Of a stretch of 64,000 nt of DNA, positions 25,823-35,600 are shown in pieces. The notes under the pieces are model-generated. The model saw only the letters and a list, made by a program, of their open reading frames with translations. It was not told the origin of the DNA and made no database searches. Within the stretch, counting starts at the first letter, position 1. Each line of letters starts with the position of its first letter. This DNA comes from an uncultured virus (IMG/VR IMGVR_UViG_3300013120_000767). Taxonomy: Duplodnaviria > Heunggongvirae > Uroviricota > Caudoviricetes. A program made the position numbers and the translations under genes. Location: the IMG/VR virus record IMGVR_UViG_3300013120_000767, positions 1-64,000 of that record; one strand, written 5' to 3'.

Positions 25823-26455
25823 ATGAAAATCACAGAGAAGGACATCATTGAGGCCCTTCAGGCGGCGGACACCGAGCCCGCGGCCGACGAGGAAACAGGG
25901 CTCGAAGGCACCCTGGAGAAGGTAGCAAGCGTCCAGGAAGTGCTGGGTGAGGACGATATGTCCCTGGCCGACCTGGACGACGAGGAAGCCCTCGAGGCCC
26001 TTGCCGCTGCCGGCATCCCGGAAGAGGAAGCCATGGAGCTGGTCGAGGCCCTGATGGAAATCCTGGGTGAGGGCGAGGCGGAAGAGGGCGTTGACAAGGA
26101 GGCGGCTCAGGAAGAGATGTTTGGCATGGGCTACGCCTATGGCAAGGGCTTCCAGGCAGCGCTCGACGAGGGTGCTGCGGCCGACGAAGGCGTGGAGAAG
26201 CAGGCCGCCAGCGCACGGGTTCAGGCCCTCAAGGCGCAGCTCTTCGGTGAGAAGCAGAAGGGCAAGCTGGGTAAGTACAAGGCCCGGATGGCGAGGCGGC
26301 AGGCGCTGAAAGGCAAGGCCTCCGCCCTGCTCGGCAAGGCCAAGAGCAAGCTCGGAGCGGCCGGGAAGCTCGGCCTGAAGCACAAAGGCAAGATTGGCAT
26401 CGGCGCCCTCCTGGCGGCGTTGGCAGGCACCGGCGGCTACGCTGCCGGCAAGTAG
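25823..26455 (+). CDS. scaffold/core-like protein (acidic N-terminus, basic C-terminus)
   Basis: LEKVA, VDKEA and VEKQA; Glu-rich first ~130 aa, Lys-rich tail; GGAGGAG RBS. Confidence 0.7.
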   Translation: MKITEKDIIEALQAADTEPAADEETGLEGTLEKVASVQEVLGEDDMSLADLDDEEALEALAAAGIPEEEAMELVEALMEILGEGEAEEGVDKEAAQEEMFGMGYAYGKGFQAALDEGAAADEGVEKQAASARVQALKAQLFGEKQKGKLGKYKARMARRQALKGKASALLGKAKSKLGAAGKLGLKHKGKIGIGALLAALAGTGGYAAGK

Positions 26456-26481
26456 CAGGCGCCTGTTGCAGAAACTCACGT

Positions 26482-26512
26482 GACGGATGGGGGCCTTAGG
26501 GCCCCCTCTGTC
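26482..26512 (+). other. intergenic GC-rich stem-loop
   Basis: GACGGAtGGGGGCC-TTAG-GGCCCCCTCTGTC; no U-tract follows. Confidence 0.5.
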
Positions 26513-26533
26513 CACGGAGAAGGAGGAGCCCCG

Positions 26534-26800
26534 ATGACCCTGGAAGAACTGTACCAGCAAGGCTTCCAAGACGGCCTGGAAAAAGTCGCTGAGGCAGAGG
26601 ACGAAGGCATCGAAGCGCAGGCGGGGTGGCTGAAGACCCTGAAAGCGAAGCGAGCCAAAGGCCTCCTGGCGCTGGCGAAGAAGAAGGGCGCCAAGGTAGG
26701 CTTCAAAGACCTCAGCGCCGGCCGCAAGGTCGGCGGGCTGGGGGCGCTCCTAGCGGCCGCAGTAGGCGGCCGCGGACTCGGCAAGAAACGGGCAGCATAG
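26534..26800 (+). CDS. small head-region protein (acidic leader, basic tail)
   Basis: GFQDGLEKVA; C-terminus resembles that of 25823..26455; AGGAGGAG RBS. Confidence 0.7.
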   Translation: MTLEELYQQGFQDGLEKVAEAEDEGIEAQAGWLKTLKAKRAKGLLALAKKKGAKVGFKDLSAGRKVGGLGALLAAAVGGRGLGKKRAA

Positions 26801-26812
26801 GAGGGTAGTCCC

Positions 26813-27226
26813 ATGAGGAAGACGCTGACAGAATTGCTCCTCGACCGTAACCCGGTGGAGGTGGCTGATGCCATAGTTGGCGCCTCTCGTGAGGACAGGG
26901 AAGAAGGCATCGAAAAGAACGCGACCATAGACGATGCTCTTTCCACCCTGGGAATCGAGGCTGATTTGGGCGGGTCCGAGAGTGGCCTTGACCCTGAGCA
27001 CCTGGAGAAGGTTGCTTCGGCAGTCGAACGGGTGGTGGGCGCCCTTTCCTTTGTTCGTCCGGACGTTGAGCTGGAGGACATCTTGTCGGTTGAGGGAAAA
27101 CGGCTTCTGGAAGGGCGCGAGATTCCGCAGTTGGAAGACAGCCCCTTCGAGAAGCAGGCATCCCGCAGAATCACCCCTGCGCTGAAGGAGCGGATCAGGG
27201 CTCACCTGGGGAGGAGGCAGTCATGA
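26813..27226 (+). CDS. acidic scaffold-like protein
   Basis: IEKNA, LEKVA and FEKQA; GGAGGG RBS. Confidence 0.65.
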   Translation: MRKTLTELLLDRNPVEVADAIVGASREDREEGIEKNATIDDALSTLGIEADLGGSESGLDPEHLEKVASAVERVVGALSFVRPDVELEDILSVEGKRLLEGREIPQLEDSPFEKQASRRITPALKERIRAHLGRRQS

Positions 27227-27543
27227 AGATTTCAGAATTGACCGGCGCCCTGGAGGGGGTCCCTGAGCTGCTCCGTTCGGCAGCCGCTGAGATTCGAGAA
27301 GGTCGGACCGCCCGGACCAAGCTGGAGAAGACTGCAGCGGTGGCTCGGGTGAAAGCCACCTTCTCTGATTCCTCGTCAACAGACGAGGACATCCTGTCCG
27401 AACTTCCGAGGGAGGCCATCGAGAAGTTAGCTGACAGGTTGGCGCCGAGAAGCACACTGGGTGAGGCCAGCGAGGAGGCAAGCTCGCCCGATCGGACCAC
27501 GAGTGACGTGGACTTTCTTGAGAACTTGAGAACATTACAATAG
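27223..27543 (+). CDS. scaffold-like protein
   Basis: LEKTA and IEKLA; two genes upstream of the capsid gene. Confidence 0.6.
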   Translation: MKISELTGALEGVPELLRSAAAEIREGRTARTKLEKTAAVARVKATFSDSSSTDEDILSELPREAIEKLADRLAPRSTLGEASEEASSPDRTTSDVDFLENLRTLQ

Positions 27544-27554
27544 GGAGGTAAATC

Positions 27555-28115
27555 ATGCCAGTAACACTTCCCACCCTGAGCAACCAGTTCCCGAACGTAA
27601 TCGTTCGGACCGCCCATCACCTCACGGCGTTCATCGACACCGTGGCGGTGGAGCCGTACAGTTGGGCGTACATTTCGGATGGTGAATGGGTGGAGCTCGA
27701 CGCAACTCTCGACAAGTACAAGGTCCCGGGGGCCGGCGCCGTTCCGGCGGCAGTCGACTTGGCCGCCAAGACCCTGTACTTCGTCACGGGCAAGACTGCC
27801 GAGCCGCCCCGACAGGCGATGACCCGGGAGGTGGAAGATTCCAGCTCCACGACACAGGAAGGGTACCTTCCGGTGTACAAGGGCCATGAGCCGGTCGAGG
27901 TCGACTCGAAGATCTACGACCCGGATGCCGTGGCAACGTGGGCAACCGTTGGAGTAGCCGTGTACGTAGTGAGCATGCTGGACGGGGATGGAAACGCCCG
28001 TGCAGTACTGTCCACCGACGCCACGGGTGACGGTGGTACAAGCGGCCTTGCCATAGGCACACTCATCAAGAACGCCGCCAACAACAACGGCTTTGTCCGT
28101 GTCCAGTTGACATAG
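27555..28115 (+). CDS. putative capsid decoration/cement protein
   Basis: Beta-rich 186 aa directly upstream of the capsid gene; GGGAGGT RBS; positional call. Confidence 0.5.
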   Translation: MPVTLPTLSNQFPNVIVRTAHHLTAFIDTVAVEPYSWAYISDGEWVELDATLDKYKVPGAGAVPAAVDLAAKTLYFVTGKTAEPPRQAMTREVEDSSSTTQEGYLPVYKGHEPVEVDSKIYDPDAVATWATVGVAVYVVSMLDGDGNARAVLSTDATGDGGTSGLAIGTLIKNAANNNGFVRVQLT

Positions 28116-28124
28116 GAGGGGACC

Positions 28125-29282
28125 ATGCTGAGAGATCACGAAATTCGTGAGATGAATGAGCGCTGGGCCGACTCCTTCGACGAACCAGGGGAGGGTCTTG
28201 CCAAGGTGGCTGCGCTGAACAGGCAGTACATCGAAGACCACATTCGGGAAGGTTCATTCCTGGACGCTGTCAAGGAGCCGGAGCCGATCACCAACGAGGA
28301 CTGTGAAAGGTCCGTCAATACCACCTCGCCGATCATCATCGACGAGATCACGGATGGCCAGTGGGGCATGCCGGTGGACTTCACCGGCAGCACTCGGAAT
28401 GAGGCCGTGCGGCAGCCGAAGTATGCCATCACGATCCAGAAGATTCAGACGGCAACTGCGGTGTACGACACGGACGAGATCCGGATGTCCCGGCGACCCA
28501 TCACCAAGCACCTGAAAAGGGACCTGGGCGATGCGTTGGCGGACGCCAAAGACCGCTCCTTCGTGATCAACATCGAGACGGCGGTGTGGTTCCTGTTCAA
28601 GGACTACACGGCGGGGAACGCCGCCAACGGTCTGAACAACACCAACATCGACGACGGCACCGTGACCGAGTACTCAGTCTACAAGAGTGCCGCAGCGAAG
28701 GAGGTGGTGGACGCAGCAGGCGCAGTTGCTGACACCTGGGAAGTGACGCCCTTGCGGAAGACCGACTTCACCGACTTCCAGAACTCGTTCAACACGAATG
28801 AGGGGGAGCAGTTGGTTGGGGCCATTGTGCTCATGACCAACCACGACTTCAATCGTGCCAGCGACTGGACGATTGAGGAAGTGGGGGATGTCACGGTCAA
28901 GAACACGGTGGAGACCACCAAGGGCTACCGCAAGTTCAAGGACATGCGGGTGGTTCGTACGGGCAAGCACCGCTGGCTCCGTCTGGGCAACGTCTACGGC
29001 TTCTCGCCGTGGTCGCACCTGGGTCGTTACTTCCAACTGGAAGGCGTCAAGACCTACCAGGACAAGAGAGGCACCCGGGTCGAGATGTTTGCCTGGATGT
29101 ACATCGGGCTCGGCTTCGGCAATCTGGCTGGGTTGAAGAAGATGGAGTGCTACTCTGCTTCGAGTACCCCGACCTACGAGGACACCGGCTTCGCCGTGGT
29201 CCGCCCAAAGGTTGAGGACGATGTCATCCGGAACAACCGAGTCGACACCGGAGACTGGCTGCCGAGGTTCACCGCCTCATAG
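28125..29282 (+). CDS. major capsid protein
   Basis: 385 aa; order protease-scaffolds-decoration-this gene-neck; strong C/G third-position bias; N-terminal GLAKVA; fold inferred, not shown. Confidence 0.7.
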   Translation: MLRDHEIREMNERWADSFDEPGEGLAKVAALNRQYIEDHIREGSFLDAVKEPEPITNEDCERSVNTTSPIIIDEITDGQWGMPVDFTGSTRNEAVRQPKYAITIQKIQTATAVYDTDEIRMSRRPITKHLKRDLGDALADAKDRSFVINIETAVWFLFKDYTAGNAANGLNNTNIDDGTVTEYSVYKSAAAKEVVDAAGAVADTWEVTPLRKTDFTDFQNSFNTNEGEQLVGAIVLMTNHDFNRASDWTIEEVGDVTVKNTVETTKGYRKFKDMRVVRTGKHRWLRLGNVYGFSPWSHLGRYFQLEGVKTYQDKRGTRVEMFAWMYIGLGFGNLAGLKKMECYSASSTPTYEDTGFAVVRPKVEDDVIRNNRVDTGDWLPRFTAS

Positions 29283-29296
29283 ACGAAGGGGGTGAC

Positions 29297-30136
29297 ATGT
29301 TTCGTCTATTCAAAACCGGAAACCCAAAGCCTGGGAAGGGTAAGTGGAAGCGCTTGCTTACCCTTCCCGGCAGCCCCTTGCGCCCACGGGTCGGGGGTAT
29401 TCTGATTCCCACACGAGGTGTCTCCGTTACGTCGATCTTCATAGCGGACAACGTCACAATCATCAACACGTTGATTCGGGCTGACGCCATCCGCGTTGAG
29501 TACAAAGGGGAGGAGGCACAGCCCCGGCAGTTACTCCATTTGGTGCGGGAAGTGTCGAGTTTGGTGCCCACGTTGAGTCGGGGGGCAGCCCCAAAACTCG
29601 AACTGGAGGAGGTCCCCGCCAAGGAACCTCCAGAAGACTCACCTCCACCGGCGAAGTCGGAGTCGGTTCCTGCCCCCGTGCCAGAGCCGGTGGCGCCTAC
29701 CCCTCCCAAACCCAAGCCCAAACCCAAGCCCAAACCTGAGCCCAAACCTGAGGCCAAGCCTGAGGCCAAGCCTGAGCCCAAGCCTGAGCCCAAGCCTGAG
29801 GCCAAGCCTGAGGCCAAGCCTGAGCCCAAACCTGAATCTGAACCAGGCAAGGGCAAAAAGGGGAAGAAGGGAAAGCGAGCTCGGGACGAGGAGGGGAGAT
29901 ACGCAGGAGACGACCCGGAAACGCCTGATGTGAACGAGGCGTGGGTGGAATCCTCCGAGGAGCAGGCGGATGAGGAGACCCCTATCGTCGCTCCGCCCAA
30001 GCCGCCGCATCGGATGAACAAGGCCGACTTGGTCGACTGGCTTGACCAATGCGGTTATGAGCGGGAGGATTTGGAGGCGATGCGGCGCAACGAACTAGTC
30101 AAGTTTGGTAGGAGGCTGATGCAGAAAGATGGCTAA
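29297..30136 (+). CDS. Pro/Lys/Glu-repeat protein with a short C-terminal helical domain
   Basis: (KP)n(KPE[P/A])n linker; RARDEEGRYAGDDPETPDVNEAW; MNKADLVDWL...MRRNELV (SAP/HeH-like). Confidence 0.65.
   Translation: MFRLFKTGNPKPGKGKWKRLLTLPGSPLRPRVGGILIPTRGVSVTSIFIADNVTIINTLIRADAIRVEYKGEEAQPRQLLHLVREVSSLVPTLSRGAAPKLELEEVPAKEPPEDSPPPAKSESVPAPVPEPVAPTPPKPKPKPKPKPEPKPEAKPEAKPEPKPEPKPEAKPEAKPEPKPESEPGKGKKGKKGKRARDEEGRYAGDDPETPDVNEAWVESSEEQADEETPIVAPPKPPHRMNKADLVDWLDQCGYEREDLEAMRRNELVKFGRRLMQKDG
29705..29844 (+). repeat. coding tandem repeat (6-bp units, then 12-bp units AA[A/G]CCTGAG[C/G]CC)
   Basis: Directly visible; encodes PKPKPKPKPKPEPKPEAKPEAKPEPKPEPKPEAKPEAKPEPKPESEP. Confidence 0.95.
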
Positions 30137-30431
30137 GCGGGACGAACCTATCCAGTTGTGGAACCATGGCAATTTTCCTCTCATGGTGAAGGGGGGGATG
30201 ATCCCCCCTGGTGGGTCCTTTTGGACAACCAGGGGCGAAGCTGCCCGGTACACCACCAAGAAGCTGCAACCGCACCCTCCGGCTGCTGAAGTTGTTGAAG
30301 CGCCTGCACGGAAAAAATCGACCCCCCTCCCCGAAGCGGAAGAGCCTGGAAAGAAAGCCCCCTCCAGACAAAGCAAACCCCGAAAGAGAAAAAAGCCCCC
30401 GGCGAAAAAGAAGGTTCCCGAGGAGGGGTAA
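30129..30431 (+). CDS. hypothetical protein with a K/P-rich tail
   Basis: 100 aa; coupled to both neighbours. Confidence 0.55.
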   Translation: MAKRDEPIQLWNHGNFPLMVKGGMIPPGGSFWTTRGEAARYTTKKLQPHPPAAEVVEAPARKKSTPLPEAEEPGKKAPSRQSKPRKRKKPPAKKKVPEEG

Positions 30432-30887
30432 ATGTCCACGGATAGCCCCCTCCAGAGCTACGTTGAAGCCGTCAAGGCGACAATGCGGGACCGGCCCGAT
30501 CTGAACGCCCTTATTGAGGGGGAGGAGCACAAGGATGAAGACCGCGTAAAAGCACTGGAAGAGGCACTCGACTGGTTGAACAGCACCCCCCCGCTTACCG
30601 AGTATACTTTCGTGGACTGCCCGTTCCGTAGGTACCTCATCGATTTAAGCATCATCCGTCTTTTGCGCAGCCTGTTGTACTTGTTGGAGCGGAACGCCCT
30701 AGAGGTGTCAGACCCTGGGGGAGTGGCGGCGACTAAGACGCAGCGGGACTACATTCGGAGGACCATTCAGGAACTGCGGGCCGAGGTCCTCCCGGAGCTG
30801 AAAGAGGCGAAGAAGGCACGAGCATTGATGGACTCCATCGCGTACTCGGGCTCAGTGGGCAGCTCGTACTACGGAAACAATTGGTGA
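30432..30887 (+). CDS. putative head-tail adaptor
   Basis: Helical 151 aa following the capsid genes; positional call. Confidence 0.5.
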   Translation: MSTDSPLQSYVEAVKATMRDRPDLNALIEGEEHKDEDRVKALEEALDWLNSTPPLTEYTFVDCPFRRYLIDLSIIRLLRSLLYLLERNALEVSDPGGVAATKTQRDYIRRTIQELRAEVLPELKEAKKARALMDSIAYSGSVGSSYYGNNW

Positions 30888-30891
30888 TGAA

Positions 30892-31662
30892 GTGGGCATC
30901 AAGGTGGTACGGACAGGACCGGCAATGGTTACCCTCCAGTGGGAAGGCTTGCAGAGCTCCCACCGGCCGATAGAGGTGTACGTGGAACGGGCCGGGTCGT
31001 ACACGGGGCCCTTCACAGAACTGGCCGGCCCCCTCACGGACCGCAACAACTACCAGGACACTGCGATTAAGAGAGGGGCCCGCTACTACTACCGGCTCCG
31101 TGAGGTGGTTGACGGGACCGACACGTACTACCCAACTTCGGGAGGAGTGTCGATTGCTCCGGAAGAGACGTTGGCGATTGCCGAAGTGCGGCGGCTCCTC
31201 TATATGGACCTCTACTATGGGAAGGCGTTCGTCTTGTACTACCCGGTGAAGACATTTGGTCAGCGGTGCTCCTGTTATGACGCCACTCGGGGCAGGAAGA
31301 ATACGAAGTGCCTCGCTTGTTTCGGCAAGGGCTTCGTTGGGGGTTTCTTCAACCCGATAGTGCTACCCATCAAGCACACCCCCAAGCAGGACGAAGGCCC
31401 AGAGACCTCCAGGGCTACCGGGCGAAGTCTGCGGGCAATGCTCCCTGGTATTTTTCCCCTGCGTAAGGGGGACGTCTTCGTTGATTCCACGAATGACAGG
31501 TTCATTGTGGCGGGGGTGGAGATGCTCCGGTTCGAGGGGGCGTTGGTGAAACACGCTATTACGGCGTCTCCGGTGCCAGCGGACAACATCTTGCACCAAC
31601 TCCCGGCGGACCTCGGCCTGTTGGAGAAACCGGCAAAGTTGATGGTGGAGCGAGTATCATGA
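30892..31662 (+). CDS. putative neck/head-closure protein
   Basis: FN3-like N-terminus (VTLQW...YYYRLR), RCSC...CLACFGKGFVGG and KGDVFVD; positional call. Confidence 0.5.
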   Translation: MGIKVVRTGPAMVTLQWEGLQSSHRPIEVYVERAGSYTGPFTELAGPLTDRNNYQDTAIKRGARYYYRLREVVDGTDTYYPTSGGVSIAPEETLAIAEVRRLLYMDLYYGKAFVLYYPVKTFGQRCSCYDATRGRKNTKCLACFGKGFVGGFFNPIVLPIKHTPKQDEGPETSRATGRSLRAMLPGIFPLRKGDVFVDSTNDRFIVAGVEMLRFEGALVKHAITASPVPADNILHQLPADLGLLEKPAKLMVERVS

Positions 31663-31841
31663 AGGAGAGGAAAAGGGCGCCTTTTACTCGTGGGCAACTG
31701 GCGGGGGCGGCAGGAGTGGCAGTGGCGCTTCCGGTTGCTCTTCTACACCTTAAGTACAGGAGTTTGGGCCTGCGACGGCTCAAGATCCTGGTGCGGAAGC
31801 GCCTGAAAGAAGGGGCCAAGCTCCCATTGTTGGGGAAGTAA
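31659..31841 (+). CDS. small basic protein with one hydrophobic segment
   Basis: ATGA overlap; abuts the next gene. Confidence 0.45.
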   Translation: MKERKRAPFTRGQLAGAAGVAVALPVALLHLKYRSLGLRRLKILVRKRLKEGAKLPLLGK

Positions 31842-32645
31842 GTGGAACGTACCGGCAAGAACCTGAATCGCTTGAACGTCTTAGGTAGGGACTCCTCCGC
31901 GTTGGCCCTGAAGGGGCTCCTCGCCTTCCTCCAAGGCGTGTTCAAGGAGGGGTTCTTTGGGTACAAGTGGGTGGAGGACAGGAACAACACGGACATTATC
32001 ATCGCTGAAGGGAACGTGGATGGGTCAATCGACCCGGAAGATGTGGAAAAACTGCCGGCGATTTTCGTCCATGAGGGGCCAGCTCAGTGGCAGAGTATGA
32101 ACGCCGCCGCCATCGCCTTGTGGGAGAGGACTCGGGGGCACAAGCAGCTGAAGTCACCGGAAACTTTCACGTTGGTAGCGCAGGTAGTGGCCGAGGACGT
32201 GGACGAAATGAAGGACATCACGGCGACGGTGTTCACCATGATCCCGACGTTCCCTTCCCTGATCGGGAAAAGGACAGGGATTTCTTTTCCCGGGTCCCCT
32301 GTAAGGGCGTACGGCTTGACGCAGGCGAAGAGCGGCTCGGCCTACCCCACTGGGATAATTAATTTGCCTTGCTCCGTCATGGTAGGGCTAGATGTTTCGC
32401 GAGAAAAGGGATCACTCTTTGACACGCTGCTGAAGAATGTTACAATGACGATTACAGCGGCGTTGCCCGAACCCGAAACCCGCAGAACCAACCGCTTCAT
32501 CCTTGGCAACACCCCGAAAGACATGCTTGATGTTGTGGTCCACCAGAGACGCTACCGGGGGAATGTCCTTGTAGACGACCCGTTGGCGGACGAGGAAGCC
32601 GAAGAGGGTTGCTTGGAACAGCAAACCGAGTTGACGGAGGAATAA
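31842..32645 (+). CDS. putative tail terminator/completion protein
   Basis: Immediately upstream of the sheath; LPAIFVHEG; positional call. Confidence 0.45.
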   Translation: MERTGKNLNRLNVLGRDSSALALKGLLAFLQGVFKEGFFGYKWVEDRNNTDIIIAEGNVDGSIDPEDVEKLPAIFVHEGPAQWQSMNAAAIALWERTRGHKQLKSPETFTLVAQVVAEDVDEMKDITATVFTMIPTFPSLIGKRTGISFPGSPVRAYGLTQAKSGSAYPTGIINLPCSVMVGLDVSREKGSLFDTLLKNVTMTITAALPEPETRRTNRFILGNTPKDMLDVVVHQRRYRGNVLVDDPLADEEAEEGCLEQQTELTEE

Positions 32646-32648
32646 ACC

Positions 32649-35600
32649 ATGGCTGTGAACAAACTGACTTACGGTGGCGTACAAATCACTTTTGGTATCC
32701 AGGCGGCGACGCCCGTGATTACCGCCCCCAGGAAGAATCTCCTCCTGGTAGGCCCAGCCTACTACGTGGTGGAGGCATTCGACAGTGACGGGGCCTTCGA
32801 CGTAGACGCTTTGTTGTCCGGACCGGCCACCTTGATCGGTAGTACGGCCATGGAGAACCCGGGAGGGCATACCGGCAGCATCTTTGTGAATGGGGCGGAG
32901 ACACAGGTCTCCTTCGCTGCCGGAACTTGGTCTATCGGCCAGGTGGTGGCCAAACTGAACGCTGATGTCACTGGCATTACAGCGTTCATCGTCAACACGA
33001 CCTTCCTGGGCATCCGCACCACCCGGACCGGGGCTTCGGCCTCCCTGCGGGTGACGGGGGGCATTGCTGCCGACTTCGGCCTCACGGCGGGGGAGATGAC
33101 GTACGGGTACGGGTCTTACACAGAACAGCGCATAGAAGCCCCGTTCACCACCTTGCCGGACCCCAGGGGCATCCTGGACCAATGCGTACTGGATGAGTCG
33201 TCCATCTCCGTCTATGCCAATATGGCAGGGACGACGTTCACTTTCGACGAGGACACCGCCTTCGAACGCAACGGGTACTACCGCCCCAGCTCCAAGCGCC
33301 TGCTCGACGAAAACGCCGTGGCAGTGGTGGTGGGTGGGTACTCCCCATACTCGTGGTCTGCAACCACTCTGCGCCCCTGGGACCCCGAGGGGGGCTTTGT
33401 CACCAAGTTCTGGGGGCCGGGGGATGACGCCATCGGCTACGTCCTGGCGACTCCTGTCGATGCCGTCAATGGCTTCAAGGTGCAAGCCAAGGGTGTCCTG
33501 GACGCTGTGGACGGGAGCTACCTGACCGGTCAGATCGGTGATTACCACGGCGCCGCGGGCAACAACGTCAACCTCGTCGTGACTGTAGGGGCCGGGCCGG
33601 ACGCCACCGTGGTGGCGGTAGTTGGAAATCAGATTACGATCACCATCACCGGGACGCAGACCCTGGCCGACGTCATTGCTGCCATCGAGGCGCACGCCGT
33701 GGCCAGCGACATGGTCTACGTGGAGCTCCTCACTGGGGCTGCCGGGACTACCGCCGTAACCTTGTGGGACGGCACTGTGGAGCTTTACCTGGGAGGTGGA
33801 GAAGACCCCCTCTCCTTCGCTGGAGCGGACGGCACCAACGAGCCCGGTGGTGAGTTCCTGGTCATTGGGGACCATAGCAACAGCATTGCGCCTATTGCTA
33901 TGGCCACCGGCGATTACATCGACCTGGCCGTAGAGGGAGGCATCCGCACTCGGGTAACCTTCCAGGATGCAGACGACATCGACGATGTGATTACGGCCAT
34001 CAATGCCGCCTTCCCGGGCATCACCATTGCCGCCAAGGACGGGACTGGGAACTTCCTGGTGCTGACCGGCCCGACCACGGCAGTGGACCTGCTCGGGTTC
34101 AAGTCGAGCTTGGTCATTTATGGCTCGAACTGCTTGAACAAGTTGTTCATCAAGGACACCATCCTGGCCGTTGCCACCAAGTTGGGCACTACGGCCACTA
34201 CCTTGGTAGTCGCCGCCGCTGATGCAGGCGGCGTAGTGGAAGGAGACACCGTCCGTTTGAACGGCGGCACTGCCACTGCCACCATTCTCAGGATAGTGGT
34301 GGACGGCACAGACTTGGTGCTCCACCTGGACCAACCTACCACTTCCTTCCTGCCCATCATCGGGGAGGGTATCACCTACCGCGACATCGACATCATTTCG
34401 CAGTTGGCCGCTTCCAATTTCACCGGCCATCGTCACCACGGCGCCCCGTACATGGCACAGGTGGACGACCGCCTGTGGGCGCAGGGCACGGTGCAAAGCG
34501 TCCTGCTGTCTTCCAACACCACCATTACCACGGTCGGGGACGTAGTAGCGGCGCAGCAGTCGTTCACCTTCGCTGCCCTGGAGACGGGGAGCATCTTCGG
34601 GTTGACGGACACCTTCGTGTATTGGTACCTCGAAGCTCGGGGCTGTGAGGACTCAACGGGGGCCACCAAGCCCTTCCCGAGCATCCTCATCGACTCCACC
34701 GAGGACCTCATCACGTTGTACAACGACGTCATCGTGGACAGCTACGGCCGATCCCCGGTCAACCCGTCGTACAACCTCTACGCCAGCTACTCAGCGTTGC
34801 GCTTGGACATCTCACCGACGTACGCCCGGGACCGCACCAAGATCTCGGGGGCGGCCGATTTGCTAGACAAACTCGACCCGATTGCCCCCTTGGAGAACCC
34901 CCTGGGTTGGGCAGCCTACATGGCCATGCTCGCCTCCGGCGGGCTGTACGAATTCTACGTGCTGGGTGTGCCCTCCGACGACGTGGCGGGGTACTTGGCC
35001 TGTGTCCCCATCATGGAGAAGTACCCGGACTGGATCATCGTGCCGCTGACGGACGACAGCGTCATCAATCAAGTCCTTGGGTCTTTCATCAGCACCATGG
35101 CGCTGCCGGAGAGCCGGCGTGAAGCCGTGACCTTGCTGACGTCGGACATTCCGGACGAGGAGTACTCGACCACGCTGGGGAGCGGGGCCAACTGCCTGGA
35201 CAACGAGTTGGGGGCGGAGACCACCCTGATCTTCGACCAGTCCCTCTTCTCCTTGGCAGCGGTCCTCACGGCCGGCGGCATCGACCCGGAGACGCTGACC
35301 ACGGCGGATGGGGTGTACCTCCAGGTTTCAGGGGGCGGGGCCTCCTCGGCGGAGGCGCTGCACAAGTACCTGGTCAGTTCGGTGGACACCGATGCCAACA
35401 CGGCCCTGGTCATCCTTGTGTTTGGGGCCACGGAGAACACCGATGCGTTCTACAGCACGGAGACCCCGCCGGTAGTTTCCGGTGCGGATGTCTCTCTGTA
35501 CCAACGAGGGGATGCAATTGACGCCGACGACACGGACGCCATGTTGGAGGCGCTCCAGGCCGAAGCGGCAACGTTCGCCAGTCGGCGTATCTGCCTCTTG

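Noticed and set aside
26482..26512. Rho-independent terminator
   Set aside because: Strong stem but no U-tract, and it lies mid-operon; kept only as a stem-loop.
29705..29844. Tandem repeat as a CRISPR array
   Set aside because: The units are 6-12 bp with no spacers and are in frame within a coding gene; no cas genes were seen.
32412..34496. 694-aa minus-strand ORF and other long antisense ORFs (e.g. 18937..19968, 27195..28241)
   Set aside because: These are shadows of GC-rich, codon-biased sense genes and have no recognisable motifs.
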